Assembly: GCA_041489255.1 (NCBI GenBank)
Contig: JBGPQV010000001.1
Span: 192,001-256,000 of the forward strand
Length of the DNA stretch: 64,000 nt
Reading direction: 5' to 3'
Source: Thermoplasmata archaeon
Lineage (GTDB): Archaea; Thermoplasmatota; Thermoplasmata; RBG-16-68-12; JAFNFQ01
Shown piece after piece: positions 26,702 to 39,097 of this stretch (its first letter is position 1; every line of letters starts with the position of its first letter). The notes below the pieces were generated by a model. The model saw only the letters and a program-made list of their open reading frames with translations, was not told where the DNA came from and did not search any database. The translations under genes and the position numbers were made by a program.

Positions 26702-27865
26702 ATGAAGATAGTCCAAGTGTCGCCTTGGTTCCTCCCGCATCTTGGAGGAGTCGAGAGCCATGTCCATTCCATCTCGAGCGAGCTTGTGAGGCGCGGTCAC
26801 GAGGTCGAGGTGCTCACGTCCAGGCACGGCAGAGATGTCCCCGAGAAAGAGGTGATGGACGGTTTCCAGATCACGAGGCTCAAACCGTTCGCGACGCTGC
26901 TGAGAACGCCGATCGTGACAAGAACAAAGGGGGCGCTCAGGGAAAGGGACGTTGACATCTTCCACGCGCATTCGCCCCCGCCGCTTTCGGCCTACTACGC
27001 GTCCAAGGTGGCGGCCGAGAAGCGATTGCCCTTCGTGCTGACCTACCATTGCGACATAGAGATACCGAGCGTCTTCGGCCTCGTCATAGAGGAGGTATAC
27101 AGGAGAACGCTGGGCACTCGCACCATGCGCCGGGCGAACAGGATCATCGTCACGACGGAGACCTACGCCGCCACGTCCCGCGCCATCTGGAAATACTCCC
27201 CGGTGGTCATTCCCAACCCAGTGGACTTCGAGTTCTTCCGGCCTGATGTCGACGGCAGGGAAGTCAGGTCGAGTCTTGGTTTGAAAGGAGGCCAGCACCT
27301 CGTATTGTGGGTCGGGCGGGTCGTCCCGCACAAGGGCATAGAGAATCTCATCGAGGCCGCGCAGTATGTGGACGGCACCAAGTTCATCATCGGGGGGGAG
27401 GGCCCTCAACTCCCCGCCACCAGACGTCTCGCGAAGTCCTTCGGTGTCGAGGACAGGGTGATATTCTCGGGCAGGCTCGCCAGATCGGAGCTTCCAAAGT
27501 ACTATGCCGCGTGCGACGTGTTCGTGCTCCCATCGGTCTCGCGCCTGGAGGCCTTCGGCATCGTGGCCCTGGAGGCGATGTCGAGTGGGAGGCCGGTGGT
27601 CGTGACGGACATGCCCGGCGTGAGGGAAGTCGTGAGGGATGGTATCGAGGGGTTGCTCTGCGAGCCATTGAATGCTGAAGACCTTGCAGAGAAAATCAAC
27701 ACGCTGCTGGGCGACCCGGGGAAGCGTTCAGAAATGGGCAGGGCCGGGAGGAAAAAAGTCGTCGAGGACTTCGGCATTAAGAAAGTGGTCGACAAGCTCG
27801 AGGCGACCTACAGGGAAGTGCTGCCGGCCTGGTCCAGTCTTAGCCCAGACGGCGGCAAGGCCTAA
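26702..27865 (+). CDS. Glycosyltransferase family 4
   Basis: GGVESH, GRVVPHKG and EAFGIVALEAM motifs. Confidence 0.92.
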   Translation: MKIVQVSPWFLPHLGGVESHVHSISSELVRRGHEVEVLTSRHGRDVPEKEVMDGFQITRLKPFATLLRTPIVTRTKGALRERDVDIFHAHSPPPLSAYYASKVAAEKRLPFVLTYHCDIEIPSVFGLVIEEVYRRTLGTRTMRRANRIIVTTETYAATSRAIWKYSPVVIPNPVDFEFFRPDVDGREVRSSLGLKGGQHLVLWVGRVVPHKGIENLIEAAQYVDGTKFIIGGEGPQLPATRRLAKSFGVEDRVIFSGRLARSELPKYYAACDVFVLPSVSRLEAFGIVALEAMSSGRPVVVTDMPGVREVVRDGIEGLLCEPLNAEDLAEKINTLLGDPGKRSEMGRAGRKKVVEDFGIKKVVDKLEATYREVLPAWSSLSPDGGKA

Positions 27866-28245
27866 GGAAGAATCTGCAGGTCGAGGCGCTCCCCCGAATG
27901 CTTCCACGCCGCCCAAGTCGTCTCATCGTAGGGATAGCCCACAATCAAGTGAAGACCGCCGAACTTCCCGAAAAGTGCGAGGTCTTCGTCCGAAGGATGG
28001 AAATTCCCGGAAGGATGCGAATGAACCGTGCCGACCACGGTGAAGTCGGCAGGCAGCATGTGGAGCTGGAATATTGCGTGGCGGTTGCCGGAAACGGTTC
28101 CGGGAACCAAGAGTATCTCGGTAATCACGCCATCCTCCGCCCTGAGTATCGCGCCGAACTCCCTTGGGTACATGTCTCTCGACGCTTCAAGGATCATCCT
28201 CAGCACCTTGCGTCGGATCGCGCGGACAGGCTTGTTGAACGGCAT
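27862..28245 (-). CDS. JAMM/MPN+ (Mov34) metalloprotease
   Basis: YPREF and HSHPS....S..D JAMM motif. Confidence 0.88.
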   Translation of the reverse strand: MPFNKPVRAIRRKVLRMILEASRDMYPREFGAILRAEDGVITEILLVPGTVSGNRHAIFQLHMLPADFTVVGTVHSHPSGNFHPSDEDLALFGKFGGLHLIVGYPYDETTWAAWKHSGERLDLQILP

Positions 28246-28249
28246 GCGA

Positions 28250-29056
28250 TCACGGGTTTGCGAGTTTCTCCTGGATGCGGCGGTAGAAGTTGTCCCCGAA
28301 GCGGACGAGCCTGCCTGCTTTCTCGGAGCCGGTGATGACGACCTTCTCCTCGCCCTTCAAGGGCATCTCTGCTTGGCCGTCAAGCACGAGGAGCCCCGGC
28401 CGTGGCCTCACGAATGTGACTTGGATTTTGCTGTCCGGCGGCACGACGAAAGGATGGAACGAGGGCTTGAACGGAGCGATCGCCGCAACAACGAATGCTT
28501 TCACGCGAGGATCGAGGATCGGCCCGCCGACGCTCATCGCGTACGAGGTGCTCCCTGTCGGCGTCGCGACGATGACCCCGTCCGCCCTGACCTGTTCCGC
28601 GACGGCACCGTCGACCGCAATCTCGTAGTGACGTATCTTGGCGACCTGGGCGGTGTGCACGACCGCCTCGTTCACGCAATCGTACATGCGCCTGCCATCG
28701 ACGGTGACTTTCAACTTCAGGCGGTTCTCGACATGATAGTCTCCCCTGAGGAGCCTCTTGATTAGAATATCCAGGGACTCGCGATCTCCCTCGGCAAGGA
28801 ACCCAACGGAGCCCGTGTTAATTCCGAGCACCTTCTCGTTGGTTCTCTGCAGGGCCCTCAGCACCGTTCCATCGCCACCTATGGCCAGAATGAAATCGGC
28901 TTTGATCTTCTCGAGCGGCCCGCCATGCAGCTTGAGTGCCTTTGCGACATCGTCCTCCAGGAAGACCTCGTGCTTCCCTTTCAGCAGGCGGACGACCTGG
29001 CGCGTCGCGTCCAAGGCGTGCTTGTGCTCCGGGTTGGCGGTTATGCCGAACCTCAT
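28250..29056 (-). CDS. NAD kinase
   Basis: GGDGT, NE and DGVIVATPTGSTSYAMSVGGP motifs. Confidence 0.93.
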   Translation of the reverse strand: MRFGITANPEHKHALDATRQVVRLLKGKHEVFLEDDVAKALKLHGGPLEKIKADFILAIGGDGTVLRALQRTNEKVLGINTGSVGFLAEGDRESLDILIKRLLRGDYHVENRLKLKVTVDGRRMYDCVNEAVVHTAQVAKIRHYEIAVDGAVAEQVRADGVIVATPTGSTSYAMSVGGPILDPRVKAFVVAAIAPFKPSFHPFVVPPDSKIQVTFVRPRPGLLVLDGQAEMPLKGEEKVVITGSEKAGRLVRFGDNFYRRIQEKLANP

Positions 29057-29820
29057 GGAATCAGCTCCAGAACCCTTGCGTCACCGTAGGCTATTGAGTT
29101 TGATGTCGTTTTCGTGTCGAAGGGCATGTCGAGCCTCTTGCGATCCAAGTCGACAACCTCCCCTCCCGCCTCGCGGAGTATGAGCGCGCTCGCGGCTATG
29201 TCCACAACCCTAAGCTCCGCACGTTTGGCATTGCTGTTCATATAATAGAGGTCCGCCGCCCCGCTCGCGACCATGCACATGTCCAGCGAGGCCGCTCCGA
29301 GGCTTCTCGCCCGCCTCCCCTTGCTCGCCACGCGATACGCGTTCTCATGCGCGTTCATGCCGATGTAGACGGTGAAGAGTGTGTCATGCTCGTCAAGCTT
29401 CCTCACATGAATCCGTTTACCATCGAGGAACGCCCCTTCACCTTTCGAAGCGTAATAATTCCTGCCGGAAACGAGGTCCCTGACCAAGCCGTGCGTCGCG
29501 CCTGTCATCGAACCCTTGCCGATGGCCATCGATGTCGAGTAGAATGGCACGCCCCTTTCGGCGTTGTGCGTCCCATCAACCGGATCGAGGACGAGCGTGA
29601 GGTCTCCGCCCCTGTCGATAAATCCCGCCTCCTCGCTAAGGACGTTCAGCTTCTCCTCTCGTTTTTCCAGCTCAGCAAGGACGGCAGCCTCGGCAGCCCG
29701 GTCTATGGCGGAGGTGGGCAGACCGTAAGCCCCGGTGCCGACCTTCACATGGTAGTCTCCTTTGAAGTCGGCGACTGCATCCTGCACCCTGTCTGCAAGA
29801 CGCATCAGGAGATTCTTCAT
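29053..29820 (-). CDS. Inositol monophosphatase / FBPase family protein
   Basis: SEEAG, LDPVDGTHN and DIAASALILREAGG motifs. Confidence 0.9.
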   Translation of the reverse strand: MKNLLMRLADRVQDAVADFKGDYHVKVGTGAYGLPTSAIDRAAEAAVLAELEKREEKLNVLSEEAGFIDRGGDLTLVLDPVDGTHNAERGVPFYSTSMAIGKGSMTGATHGLVRDLVSGRNYYASKGEGAFLDGKRIHVRKLDEHDTLFTVYIGMNAHENAYRVASKGRRARSLGAASLDMCMVASGAADLYYMNSNAKRAELRVVDIAASALILREAGGEVVDLDRKRLDMPFDTKTTSNSIAYGDARVLELIP

Positions 29821-29998
29821 CCGGCATGCCAGAGGGTCGGCTGGATATAAGCGTATGCGGGAGCGGATGTAGTCAGGCATTTTTGATTCACTCACTGTCC
29901 TCTGGAAATGGCCTTGGCATGCATGGGAACGTTTATATAGAAGTCTTGACATAGGACACGGTACCTCAAATGCATTTCACGCAAAGGAGGAATAAGAA

Positions 29999-31648
29999 AT
30001 GATGACTCAAGGTGGCACACCGATATTGATCTTAAAGGAAGGAACGAAGAGGGAACGGGGAAAGGGAGCGCAATTCAACAACATAGCGGCCGCGAAGGCG
30101 GTTGCCGATGCTGTCCGCTCGACGCTTGGCCCGCGCGGAATGGACAAGATGCTCGTCGACAGCCTTGGTGACGTCGTCATCACCAACGACGGCGTGACCA
30201 TTCTGAAGGAGATGGACATAGAGCATCCCGCCGCCAAGATGCTGGTCGAGGTCGCGAAGACGCAGGACGCCGAGGCGGGAGACGGAACGACAACCGCGGT
30301 GATTTTGGCGGGAGAGCTGCTCAAGAAGGCGGAAGACCTCATCGAGCAGAACATCCACCCGACCGTGATCGCGAGCGGCTACAGGCAGGCAGCCGGGAAG
30401 GCCCGCGAAGTCCTAGAGAGGATCTCCACGAAAGTGACTATCAAGGACACCAACGTCCTTAGGGACGTGGCGATCACCGCCATGCAGAGCAAGAGCGCGA
30501 GCGGGCAGAAGGAGCACCTCGCGGACATCGCCGTCAAGGCGGTGACCACGGTCGCGGAGGAGCTGGCAAGCGGTCGCTACTTCGTCGATGAGGACAACAT
30601 CCAAATCGTCAAGAAGCAGGGCGGTTCGATTGCTGACACCGAGCTCGTCGAGGGGATAATCGTCGACAAGGAAAGAGTCCACCCCGGCATGCCAAGCCAG
30701 ATCGACAACGCCCGGATCGCGCTGGTTGACGCAGCCCTCGAGGTCAAGAAGACTGAGATCGACGCGAAAATCGAGATTACGGATCCGAGCCAGCTGCAGG
30801 CGTTCCTCTCGGAAGAGGAGAACATGCTCAAGGGCATGGTCGACAGGGTCAAGAAGTCCGGTGCGACGGTCTTGTTCTGCCAGAAGGGGATAGACGACCT
30901 CGCGCAGCACTACCTCTCCAAGGAAGGCATCTACGCGGTCAGGAGGGTCAAGAAGAGCGACATGGAGAAGCTGGCGAAGGCGACTGGCGGGAAGATCGCC
31001 ACGAAGCTGGACGAACTCACTAGGGACGACCTCGGAAACGCCAAGCTCGTGTTCGAGAAGAAGATCGGCGACGACGAGATGACGTTCGTCACCGGTTGCA
31101 AGAACCCAAAGGCGGTCTCAATAATGATTCGCGGCGGGACCGAGCACGTGGTCGACGAGGTCGAGAGATCCCTCGAGGACGCCGTGTCTGTGGCCGCTGT
31201 CACAATCGAGGACGGGAAGGTCATCTACGGTGGCGGTGCGGCAGCGACGGAGATTGCGTTCGGACTCAGAGACTTCGCCTCGACTGTTGGCGGGCGCGAG
31301 CAGATAGCGATCGAGGCCTTCGCGGACGCAATCGAGGTAATCCCGAGGACCCTCGCCGAGAATGCGGGCCTGGACCCGATCGACACCCTGATCGAACTGC
31401 GCAAGGAGCACAAGAAGGGCGGCAAGACAGCGGGAGTCGACGTGTTCACCGGCAAGATAACCGACATGAAGAAGAACAAGGTCATCGAACCCATACGAGT
31501 CGGAACGCAGGCGATCAGCTCCGCAACTGACGCGGCAGTCATGATACTCCGCATCGACGACGTCATCGCGGCCAAATCCGGCGGCAGGCCCGGTGCGCCC
31601 GGCGGCGCGGGCGGCGGGGAAGGCGGCGGAGAGAGCGACGAGTTCTAG
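29999..31648 (+). CDS. Thermosome (group II chaperonin) subunit
   Basis: [19 protein letters not shown] and GDGTTT motifs; TTTATATA box near 29932. Confidence 0.97.
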   Translation: MMTQGGTPILILKEGTKRERGKGAQFNNIAAAKAVADAVRSTLGPRGMDKMLVDSLGDVVITNDGVTILKEMDIEHPAAKMLVEVAKTQDAEAGDGTTTAVILAGELLKKAEDLIEQNIHPTVIASGYRQAAGKAREVLERISTKVTIKDTNVLRDVAITAMQSKSASGQKEHLADIAVKAVTTVAEELASGRYFVDEDNIQIVKKQGGSIADTELVEGIIVDKERVHPGMPSQIDNARIALVDAALEVKKTEIDAKIEITDPSQLQAFLSEEENMLKGMVDRVKKSGATVLFCQKGIDDLAQHYLSKEGIYAVRRVKKSDMEKLAKATGGKIATKLDELTRDDLGNAKLVFEKKIGDDEMTFVTGCKNPKAVSIMIRGGTEHVVDEVERSLEDAVSVAAVTIEDGKVIYGGGAAATEIAFGLRDFASTVGGREQIAIEAFADAIEVIPRTLAENAGLDPIDTLIELRKEHKKGGKTAGVDVFTGKITDMKKNKVIEPIRVGTQAISSATDAAVMILRIDDVIAAKSGGRPGAPGGAGGGEGGGESDEF

Positions 31649-31682
31649 GCACAGAGGAGCATTCACCAGCCTAGCGAAATAA

Positions 31683-31709
31683 GCCCCGCCATGCCAACGC
31701 AGGCGGGGC
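31683..31709. other. GC-rich hairpin between thermosome and grpE
   Basis: GCCCCGCC-N11-GGCGGGGC, a perfect 8-bp inverted repeat. Confidence 0.4.
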
Positions 31710-31768
31710 ACCTACCACACTGCGCAAGCGACCGCGGGCGTTGGCAATCTCCAGGAGACGATGCCGAG

Positions 31769-32350
31769 ATGCCGGGGAAGAAAGAGTCGAAAGCGGACAA
31801 GGAAACCCCAGAGCAGGCGGAAGCTCCAGAGGATGCTAGCCAGCCTGTTGCAGCGACGGAGCAAGGGGCAGAGGCGAAGCCGGAAGCTCCGCCGCAGCCT
31901 GACGAGAAGGTCGTATTGCTGCGGAGGAACGAGGAACTCCTTTCTCGGATGATGTACCTTCAAGCGGAATTCGAAAATTATCAGAAGAGGGCGCTGAGGG
32001 AGAGACAGGACATCGTCGCGAACGCGCAGGAGGGGCTCCTGAGGTCACTCCTCCCGATATTGGATGACTTCGACAAGGCTGTCGAGATCGCCGGGGAAGG
32101 TGATTCCGGGCTGAGACTGCTGCATGCCAAGCTCCTGAAGATCCTGGAGGAGAGCGGCCTGGTTGAGATTCCCGCCAAGAGCCAGAAGTTCGACCCGTTC
32201 ATCCACGACGCGGTCGAGTTCGTGAACGAGAAAGATATGGAGCACGGGACGATCAAGGAAGTCATCCGCAAGGGATATAGATGCAACATGAAGGTATTGA
32301 GACCATCTCTTGTGATCGTTGTCAAGAACGAAGGTGAGAAGAATGCCTAA
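31769..32350 (+). CDS. grpE: Nucleotide exchange factor GrpE
   Basis: [27 protein letters not shown] and KGY..VLRPS motifs. Confidence 0.92.
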   Translation: MPGKKESKADKETPEQAEAPEDASQPVAATEQGAEAKPEAPPQPDEKVVLLRRNEELLSRMMYLQAEFENYQKRALRERQDIVANAQEGLLRSLLPILDDFDKAVEIAGEGDSGLRLLHAKLLKILEESGLVEIPAKSQKFDPFIHDAVEFVNEKDMEHGTIKEVIRKGYRCNMKVLRPSLVIVVKNEGEKNA

Positions 32351-34187
32351 GATAATCGGAATAGACCTGGGAACGACGAATTCGGAAGCCGGATACATGG
32401 AGGCCGGAGTGCCGAAGATCATACCGAGCGCTGAGGGCAGCACGTACGGCGGCAAGATGTTCCCCTCCTTCGTGGCTTTCACGAAGGACGGGCAGGTGCT
32501 GGTGGGCGAACCCGCCAAGCGCCAAGCCGTCATGAACCCCGAGCGCACCGTCATGCAAATCAAGAGGAAGATGGGGACCGACTACACGGTCAACATCGAG
32601 GGGAAGACATACACTCCTCAAGAGATCAGCGCGATGATATTGAGGAAGATCAAGACCGACGCCGAGGCATTCCTCGGGGAGCCTGTGAACCAGGCGGTCA
32701 TAACCGTCCCCGCTTACTTCAACGACAACCAGCGTCAGGCCACCAAGGACGCGGGCAAGATTGCGGGACTGGAGGTCTTGAGGCTGGTGAACGAGCCAAC
32801 GGCAGCGGCTTTGGCCTATGGCCTGGACAAGAAGGGCGAGGGCAAGATATGCGTCCTGGACCTTGGCGGCGGGACGTTCGATGTCACCCTCATGGAGATG
32901 GGCGAGGGCGTTTTCGAGGTCGTCTCCACCAGCGGAGATACGCAGCTCGGCGGCATGGACATGGACAACAAGCTGGTCGACTGGATATCCTCCGAGTTCA
33001 GGAAGAAGGAAGGGGCGGACATCACCGGCGACCGTCAAGCCATGCAACGCCTCAGGGACGCCGCCGAGAAGGCGAAGATCGAGCTTTCCAGTACGCTCAA
33101 CACGACCCTCAACCTTCCTTTCATCACCCAGAAGGACGGAAAACCGGTGCACCTCGAGATGGCCCTCACAAGGGCGAAGCTCGAAGAGATCATCGAGCCG
33201 GTGCTCTCACGGTGCAGGGCCCCGATCGAACAGGCCTTCAAGGACGCGAAATGGAGCTACAACGACGTGAACCACATAATCCTCGTTGGAGGACCGACGC
33301 GCATGCCGGTTGTCCGCGAGAGATTCGAGAGTGTGATCGGAAGGAAGGCAGAGCGGGGCGTCGATCCGATGCAATGCGTCGCTCTCGGAGCTGGGATTCA
33401 AGGAGCGGTGCTGAGCGGCGAGGTGAAGGACATCCTCCTGCTCGACGTGACCCCGCTGAGCCTTGGAGTCGAGACCTTGGGCGGCGTCTTCACCAAGCTG
33501 ATAGAGAGGAACACGACGATACCAACGCGCAAGAGTCAGGTGTTCACGACCGCGGCGGACGGGCAGACCACAGTCGAGGTCCACGTGCTGCAGGGTGAGA
33601 GGCCGATGTCGGGCGACAATGTCTCCCTCGGCAAGTTCCACCTCGTCGGCGTTCCGCCTGCCCCGAGGAACGTACCCCAGATCGAGGTGACATTCGATAT
33701 CGACGCGAACGGGATCATCAACGTCTCCGCAAAGGACCTCGGAACCGGCAAGGAGCAGAAGATGATGATCACCGCCACGAAGAGGCTCGGCGAAAACGAG
33801 ATCGACCGCATGGTCAAGGACGCCGACAAGTACTCCGAGGATGACAGGAAACGGAAGGAGGCCGCGGAGATAAGGAACCAGGCGGACCAGGCGGTGTACA
33901 CGACAGAGAAGATGCTCAAGGAGATGGGCGACCAGATAAGCGAGGCGACGAAGGCGGGCGTCCAGGCGAAGGTCGAGGATCTGAAGAAGGCGCTCCAGAC
34001 CAGCGACATAGCGCAGATCAAGAAGAGCCTCGAGGCCTTGAACCAGGAAGCGCAGAAGATCGGGGTCGAGATATACCAGAAGGCGCAGTCGAGCCAGTCG
34101 ACTCCACCGCCTTCAGGCGAGGCGAAAGGGTCAAAGCCGGGCGACGACAATGTCGTGGACGCTGACTTCAAGGATGTGAAAGACTAG
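32343..34187 (+). CDS. dnaK: Hsp70 chaperone DnaK
   Basis: [27 protein letters not shown] and [11 protein letters not shown] motifs. Confidence 0.97.
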   Translation: MPKIIGIDLGTTNSEAGYMEAGVPKIIPSAEGSTYGGKMFPSFVAFTKDGQVLVGEPAKRQAVMNPERTVMQIKRKMGTDYTVNIEGKTYTPQEISAMILRKIKTDAEAFLGEPVNQAVITVPAYFNDNQRQATKDAGKIAGLEVLRLVNEPTAAALAYGLDKKGEGKICVLDLGGGTFDVTLMEMGEGVFEVVSTSGDTQLGGMDMDNKLVDWISSEFRKKEGADITGDRQAMQRLRDAAEKAKIELSSTLNTTLNLPFITQKDGKPVHLEMALTRAKLEEIIEPVLSRCRAPIEQAFKDAKWSYNDVNHIILVGGPTRMPVVRERFESVIGRKAERGVDPMQCVALGAGIQGAVLSGEVKDILLLDVTPLSLGVETLGGVFTKLIERNTTIPTRKSQVFTTAADGQTTVEVHVLQGERPMSGDNVSLGKFHLVGVPPAPRNVPQIEVTFDIDANGIINVSAKDLGTGKEQKMMITATKRLGENEIDRMVKDADKYSEDDRKRKEAAEIRNQADQAVYTTEKMLKEMGDQISEATKAGVQAKVEDLKKALQTSDIAQIKKSLEALNQEAQKIGVEIYQKAQSSQSTPPPSGEAKGSKPGDDNVVDADFKDVKD

Positions 34188-34221
34188 ACGGCGGGAACGC
34201 CAGATCGGATGCGCTGAGTGC

Positions 34222-35358
34222 ATGGCGAAACGTGACTACTACGAGGTGCTCGGGGTCACCCGCGAGGCCTCCAAGGATGAGATCAAGAGCGCATACCGGA
34301 AGGCCGCCAAGAAGCACCACCCCGACCTGAACAAGGACAATCCCCAGGCCGAGGAGAAGTTCAAGGAACTCTCCGAAGCGTACGAGGTCCTGATGGATGA
34401 TCAGAAGAAGCTGCTCTACGACCAGTACGGCTTCTCCGGGGTCCAGAGGCAGTGGGGCGGCGAGGGCTTCGACTGGTCACGGTTCACACACTTCAATGAC
34501 ATCGAGGACATTTTCGCCGACTTCTTCGGAGGTGGCGGCTTCAGTGGAAGCCTGTTCGACCAGCTTTTCATGTCGCGCGCGAAGGCTGGACCGTCGAGAG
34601 GCGCCGACCTGAGGTATGACATCGAGATTCCGCTGAAGGAGGCGCTCGATGGGGTCAAGAAGACAATCCAACTGCCGATGCGCGTCGCGTGCGACAAGTG
34701 CGGCGGGAGCGGTGCGGAGGGTGGGAAGATGACCGTCTGCCCGGAGTGCGGCGGGCGCGGTCAGATAAGCAGGAGCCAGCGGAGGGGTTACAGCCAGTTC
34801 GTCACGATCACCACCTGTCCACGCTGCCGCGGTCGGGGTCAGTGGCCCGACAAGAGGTGCGCGGCCTGCTCGGGACTTGGGGAGATCGAGAAGATATCGA
34901 CAATCTCCGTGAGCATCCCGCCGGGCGCCTACGAGGGTCTCAAGTTGAGGCTGCAGGGCAAGGGCGAGCCTGGAGTCAGAGGTGTCGCGCCAGGCGACCT
35001 CTACATCGTTGTCCACCTTGCGGAGGACAAGAGGTTCGAGCGCGACGGGAACGACGTGATCGTGGAGGTCCCAATCACATACAGCCAAGCCGCGCTCGGT
35101 GCGGAGATAGAGGTCCCCACGCTCGAAGGGACGGCGATGCTCACCGTCCCTGCGGGGACCCAGAGTCACACAGTTTTTAAGCTCCGGGGGAAGGGCATGC
35201 CCGCCCTCGGCGGGCGGGGCAGAGGGGACGAATACGTCCGCGTGACGGTGAAGACTCCAGTGAGACTCTCCTCCGAAGAACGAGGCCTACTGGAAAGACT
35301 CGACGAACTGGAAGGTTCAGCGTCTACCAAGCCTCGGTTTTTCGGGAAATCGAAGTAG
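34222..35358 (+). CDS. dnaJ: Chaperone DnaJ
   Basis: J-domain HPD; four CxxCxGxG repeats. Confidence 0.97.
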   Translation: MAKRDYYEVLGVTREASKDEIKSAYRKAAKKHHPDLNKDNPQAEEKFKELSEAYEVLMDDQKKLLYDQYGFSGVQRQWGGEGFDWSRFTHFNDIEDIFADFFGGGGFSGSLFDQLFMSRAKAGPSRGADLRYDIEIPLKEALDGVKKTIQLPMRVACDKCGGSGAEGGKMTVCPECGGRGQISRSQRRGYSQFVTITTCPRCRGRGQWPDKRCAACSGLGEIEKISTISVSIPPGAYEGLKLRLQGKGEPGVRGVAPGDLYIVVHLAEDKRFERDGNDVIVEVPITYSQAALGAEIEVPTLEGTAMLTVPAGTQSHTVFKLRGKGMPALGGRGRGDEYVRVTVKTPVRLSSEERGLLERLDELEGSASTKPRFFGKSK

Positions 35359-35361
35359 CGC

Positions 35362-35523
35362 TCACGGGAGGTTCGCAATGATCGAGAACGCCTTCACCAA
35401 GAAGTAGAAGGCAATGATTGCCCCGCTCGCAATCGCAATCACAAGAACATCCTTGAGGATGATCTTCCCTAGTCCCGGTTCCGAACTGTTTGCGGCCACG
35501 TCGCCGTGTTGCGTCGAATGCAT
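35362..35523 (-). CDS. Small single-TM protein (53 aa; below ORF-track cutoff)
   Basis: Hand translation MHSTQHGDVAANSSEPGLGKIILKDVLVIAIASGAIIAFYFLVKAFSIIANLP*; fills the gap, convergent with dnaJ. Confidence 0.45.
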   Translation of the reverse strand: MHSTQHGDVAANSSEPGLGKIILKDVLVIAIASGAIIAFYFLVKAFSIIANLP

Positions 35524-35638
35524 CCTCAACGCCAATAATGGCCTCGCGGCTTAATAAAAATTGTTGTTTGCCTCTCGAAACTTGAAACTCAACTGGGCGC
35601 TAACCATATCTAAGCAGAGCGCGCTTCACTCTGTGAGC

Positions 35639-36388
35639 ATGAAGAAGGTCCTTGGCATCCTGACGGAGGACTTCCGCCTCTATCATGACCTGGTCGCAAC
35701 GCTGAAGGCGAGGGACATACCGTTCGTGAGCCTTTCATTCTCCGAGCGAATACCTTCCAACGTCGGGGCGATACTCACTTCCGTCGCCGAATCGCCGCGG
35801 ATCCGCTTCCCTCACAAGGCCGAGTGCGGGGACATCGAAGATTCAGTGATGAGAGCCCTGCAGTTGCTGAGAGGGAAGACCGGGTGGAAGGAGGTCATTA
35901 TAGGCATCGACCCTGGGAGCGAGCCCGGGCTGGCGGTGATCGGGGACGGGGAGGTTCTGGACGCACGGAGCGTCAATTCCCCGGAGGCGGTCGCACCCGC
36001 CGTTGTCTCGGCGATCAGCAACTTCCCGGCTGACATGTGCACTATCAGAATCGGTCACGGGGACGCGACGAACCGCAACAGGATCATCAACACCTTGGCG
36101 GAAAACGATCTCAGGGTCGACATCGTCGACGAGAAGGGAACGACCAGGCGCACAGAACACCCGGATGCGGATGCGGCAATCCGGATCGCCTTCACCCCGG
36201 GAGTGAGGGCCGCAAGGCACTATGACATCCGACCGACCGAGGGGGAGCTGAAGGAGATACAGAGAAGGAGCCGCCTGAAGAGCGAGGGGGAGATGACTAT
36301 ATCCCAGAGCCTTGCCAGGTCGGTTGCCAGAGGGGAGATGACCCTGGCAGAGGCCATCTCGGTCCACCGTCGCAGGAAGGAGCGCTAG
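35639..36388 (+). CDS. Conserved hypothetical protein with RNase H-like (YqgF/RuvC-like) motifs
   Basis: VIIGIDPG..PGLAV, IRIGHG, IVDEKGTT and DADAA..IA motifs. Confidence 0.7.
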   Translation: MKKVLGILTEDFRLYHDLVATLKARDIPFVSLSFSERIPSNVGAILTSVAESPRIRFPHKAECGDIEDSVMRALQLLRGKTGWKEVIIGIDPGSEPGLAVIGDGEVLDARSVNSPEAVAPAVVSAISNFPADMCTIRIGHGDATNRNRIINTLAENDLRVDIVDEKGTTRRTEHPDADAAIRIAFTPGVRAARHYDIRPTEGELKEIQRRSRLKSEGEMTISQSLARSVARGEMTLAEAISVHRRRKER

Positions 36389-36453
36389 CAGTTTTCAAAG
36401 TCAGCTAAAGGTATCCTAAGACTCATATAGTTCGTTTGACTTGAATTCAAGCC

Positions 36454-38682
36454 GTGACCGAAAAGGTCGTTCTCAAGGTTGCGGAGGCGCCACAGTCCGA
36501 CGTGGGACTTGGCAGGGCGCGAGTGGACACGAAGACCAGGATGGCCCTGGGACTCGATGTCGGTGAGATCGTCGAGATCATCGGCAAGAAAAGCACGTCC
36601 GCCAAGATCTTCAGGGTCATGCAGGAAGACGAAGGGAAGGGCATCATCAGGATAGACGGCTTGGTGAGGAGAAACGTCGGCTGCTCCATCGGTGACAGGG
36701 TCGAGGCGAAGAAGGCCGAGGTTCTGACGGCCGAGCGCGTCACGATTGCGCCGATAATCTCCGAGGGCCACAGGATCTCGTTCGGCCAGGGAATAGAGAA
36801 CTTCGCCAAGCGCGGGCTGCTGAAGAGGCCGCTCATGAAGGGGGACGTCGTCATAGTGCCCGGCATAGCGCTGATGGGCGGTGCACTGCCGTTCATGGTC
36901 GTGAAGACCACGCCTAAGGGCGTCGTCCAGATCAACGACGAGACAATCATCGAGATGAAGGAGGAACCCGTGAGGGAGGGGGAGGTGCTCACCACCGCCA
37001 TCACCTACGAGGACATAGGCGGGCTGAAGGAGGAGTTGCTCAAGGTCCGCGAGATGATCGAGCTGCCGCTGAAACACGCGGAGCTGTTCGAACGCCTCGG
37101 TATCAACCCGCCAAAGGGAGTCCTGCTCTACGGACCGCCGGGCACCGGCAAGACGCTGATCGCGAAGGCGGTAGCGAATGAGGCGGGTGCGAATTTCTAT
37201 TCCATACAGGGCCCGGAGATAATGAGCAAGTACTACGGGCAGAGCGAAGAGAGGCTCAGGGAGAAGTTCGACGAGGCGCAGAAGAACGCGCCGAGCGTGC
37301 TGTTCATCGACGAGCTGGACAGCATTGCCCCGAGGAGGGAAGAGGTCACGGGAGAGGTGGAGAGGCGGGTCGTCGCCCAACTGCTGACGCTCATGGACGG
37401 GCTGTCCGACCGCGGGCAGGTCATAGTCATCGCAGCGACCAACCGCGAGGAAGCAATCGACCCGGCTCTGAGGCGCGGGGGACGGTTCGACCGGGAAATC
37501 GAGATAGGCGTCCCGGACCGCATAGGCAGGAAGGAGATACTGCAGATCCATTCGCGAGGCATGCCGATAGAAGGCAACGAGGAGGACAGGGAGAACCTCC
37601 TCACAGAGCTGGCGAACGTCACCCACGGCTTCGTCGGGGCGGATATGGCCGCGCTGGCGCGGGAGGCGGCTATGAGGACGTTGCGGCGCTATCTCCCCGA
37701 GATAGACTTGGACAAGCCGATACCGTCCGAGATACTGGAAAAGATGCGGGTGACCCCGGGCGATTTCAAGGAAGCGCTGAAGGAGGTCGAGCCGAGCGCT
37801 ATGAGGGAGGTCCTCGTGGAGATACCGCACACCACCTGGGATGACGTCGGCGGTCTGGAGGACCTGAAAGCGAAGTTGAAAGAGGCGGTCGAGATGCCGC
37901 TCAAGGACCCCGAGTCGTTCAAGCGCATGGGCATAACCCCGCCGAGGGGTATACTGCTCTACGGCGCCCCGGGGACCGGCAAGACGCTGATCGCCAAGGC
38001 GGTCGCGACGGAATCGGAGTCGAACTTCATCAGCATCAAGGGTCCCGAGGTCATGAGCAAGTGGGTGGGGGAGAGCGAGAAGGCGGTGCGCATGATCTTC
38101 AAGAAGGCGAGGCAGGTGGCGCCCTGCATAGTCTTCCTCGACGAGATTGACGCGATAGCACACAGGCGCGGCGGGGGGGAAGGCGACTCGGGTGTCACGG
38201 AGCGGGTGGTCAACCAGCTGCTCACGTCCATGGACGGCTTGGAGAGCAGGGAGGGCGTGCTGGTGATCGCCGCCACGAACAGACCGGACATGGTGGATCC
38301 GGCGCTGCTGAGGGCGGGCCGGTTCGACAAGCTGATTCTGGTCCCTGTGCCCGACGAGAGGACCCGTCTGGAGATACTCAAGGTCCACACGAAGAGCATG
38401 CCTCTGGACGGCGACGTCTCGATCAGCGAGTTGGCCAAGGAGATTGAGGGCTACACCGGCGCAGACATCGAGGGGCTGTGCCGCGAGGCGGCCTTGTCCG
38501 CCCTGAGGGAGAACAGGAAGGCCAAGAAGGTCTCCATGAAGCACTTCGAGGAGGCCAAGAAGAGCGTGCACCCTTCGATGGACGAGGAGACGGCGAGGGT
38601 CTACGAGAGGATGGGGCAGGAGATGGAGAAAGGCATCTCCAAGAAGGAGCGCGAAGAGATCAGCATGGGGTACTATAGGTAA
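36454..38682 (+). CDS. cdc48: CDC48/VAT AAA+ ATPase
   Basis: N-domain plus two AAA modules ([33 protein letters not shown]). Confidence 0.96.
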   Translation: MTEKVVLKVAEAPQSDVGLGRARVDTKTRMALGLDVGEIVEIIGKKSTSAKIFRVMQEDEGKGIIRIDGLVRRNVGCSIGDRVEAKKAEVLTAERVTIAPIISEGHRISFGQGIENFAKRGLLKRPLMKGDVVIVPGIALMGGALPFMVVKTTPKGVVQINDETIIEMKEEPVREGEVLTTAITYEDIGGLKEELLKVREMIELPLKHAELFERLGINPPKGVLLYGPPGTGKTLIAKAVANEAGANFYSIQGPEIMSKYYGQSEERLREKFDEAQKNAPSVLFIDELDSIAPRREEVTGEVERRVVAQLLTLMDGLSDRGQVIVIAATNREEAIDPALRRGGRFDREIEIGVPDRIGRKEILQIHSRGMPIEGNEEDRENLLTELANVTHGFVGADMAALAREAAMRTLRRYLPEIDLDKPIPSEILEKMRVTPGDFKEALKEVEPSAMREVLVEIPHTTWDDVGGLEDLKAKLKEAVEMPLKDPESFKRMGITPPRGILLYGAPGTGKTLIAKAVATESESNFISIKGPEVMSKWVGESEKAVRMIFKKARQVAPCIVFLDEIDAIAHRRGGGEGDSGVTERVVNQLLTSMDGLESREGVLVIAATNRPDMVDPALLRAGRFDKLILVPVPDERTRLEILKVHTKSMPLDGDVSISELAKEIEGYTGADIEGLCREAALSALRENRKAKKVSMKHFEEAKKSVHPSMDEETARVYERMGQEMEKGISKKEREEISMGYYR

Positions 38683-38755
38683 CCGGGCCCCGCCATCGCA
38701 GAGCTAAAATACGTCTGGCGTGTTACTGGCTCAAAGAAAGCCAGGAGGCGATGGG

Positions 38756-39001
38756 ATGAAAAAGTTTGTCAGCGAGCTCCGCGGCAAGACCGTTATGACG
38801 CAGGATGGCCAGATTCTTGGCATGATCGAGAACCTCATGGTCGACACGAGGTCTGGCAAGATCCAGGACGTGCTGGTCATTCCCGCAGAGGAGGTCGAGA
38901 CGAAGCTCTACAAGACCGACGCCCAGGGTCGCATAATCCTGCCCTTCACGGGCATGAAGTCGGTCAAGGACGTCGTCGTGATGACGGTAAAGCCAGAGTG
39001 A
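38756..39001 (+). CDS. PRC-barrel domain protein
   Basis: LRGKTVMTQDGQILGMIENLMVDTRSGKI...KSVKDVVV. Confidence 0.85.
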   Translation: MKKFVSELRGKTVMTQDGQILGMIENLMVDTRSGKIQDVLVIPAEEVETKLYKTDAQGRIILPFTGMKSVKDVVVMTVKPE

Positions 39002-39097
39002 ACCGCAAGCTCCCGTTTCAGCATTTTTCGCCCGGACTTGGGCGAGCGCCCCAATAAATGATATATCACCGAAGCTATACGGGAGCAGAGAGGACTG

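Noticed and set aside
36385-38571. 728-aa antisense ORF, and similar long shadow ORFs opposite hdrA, dnaK and the TPR genes
   Set aside because: These mirror well-supported genes; a GC-rich codon-bias artefact with no motifs
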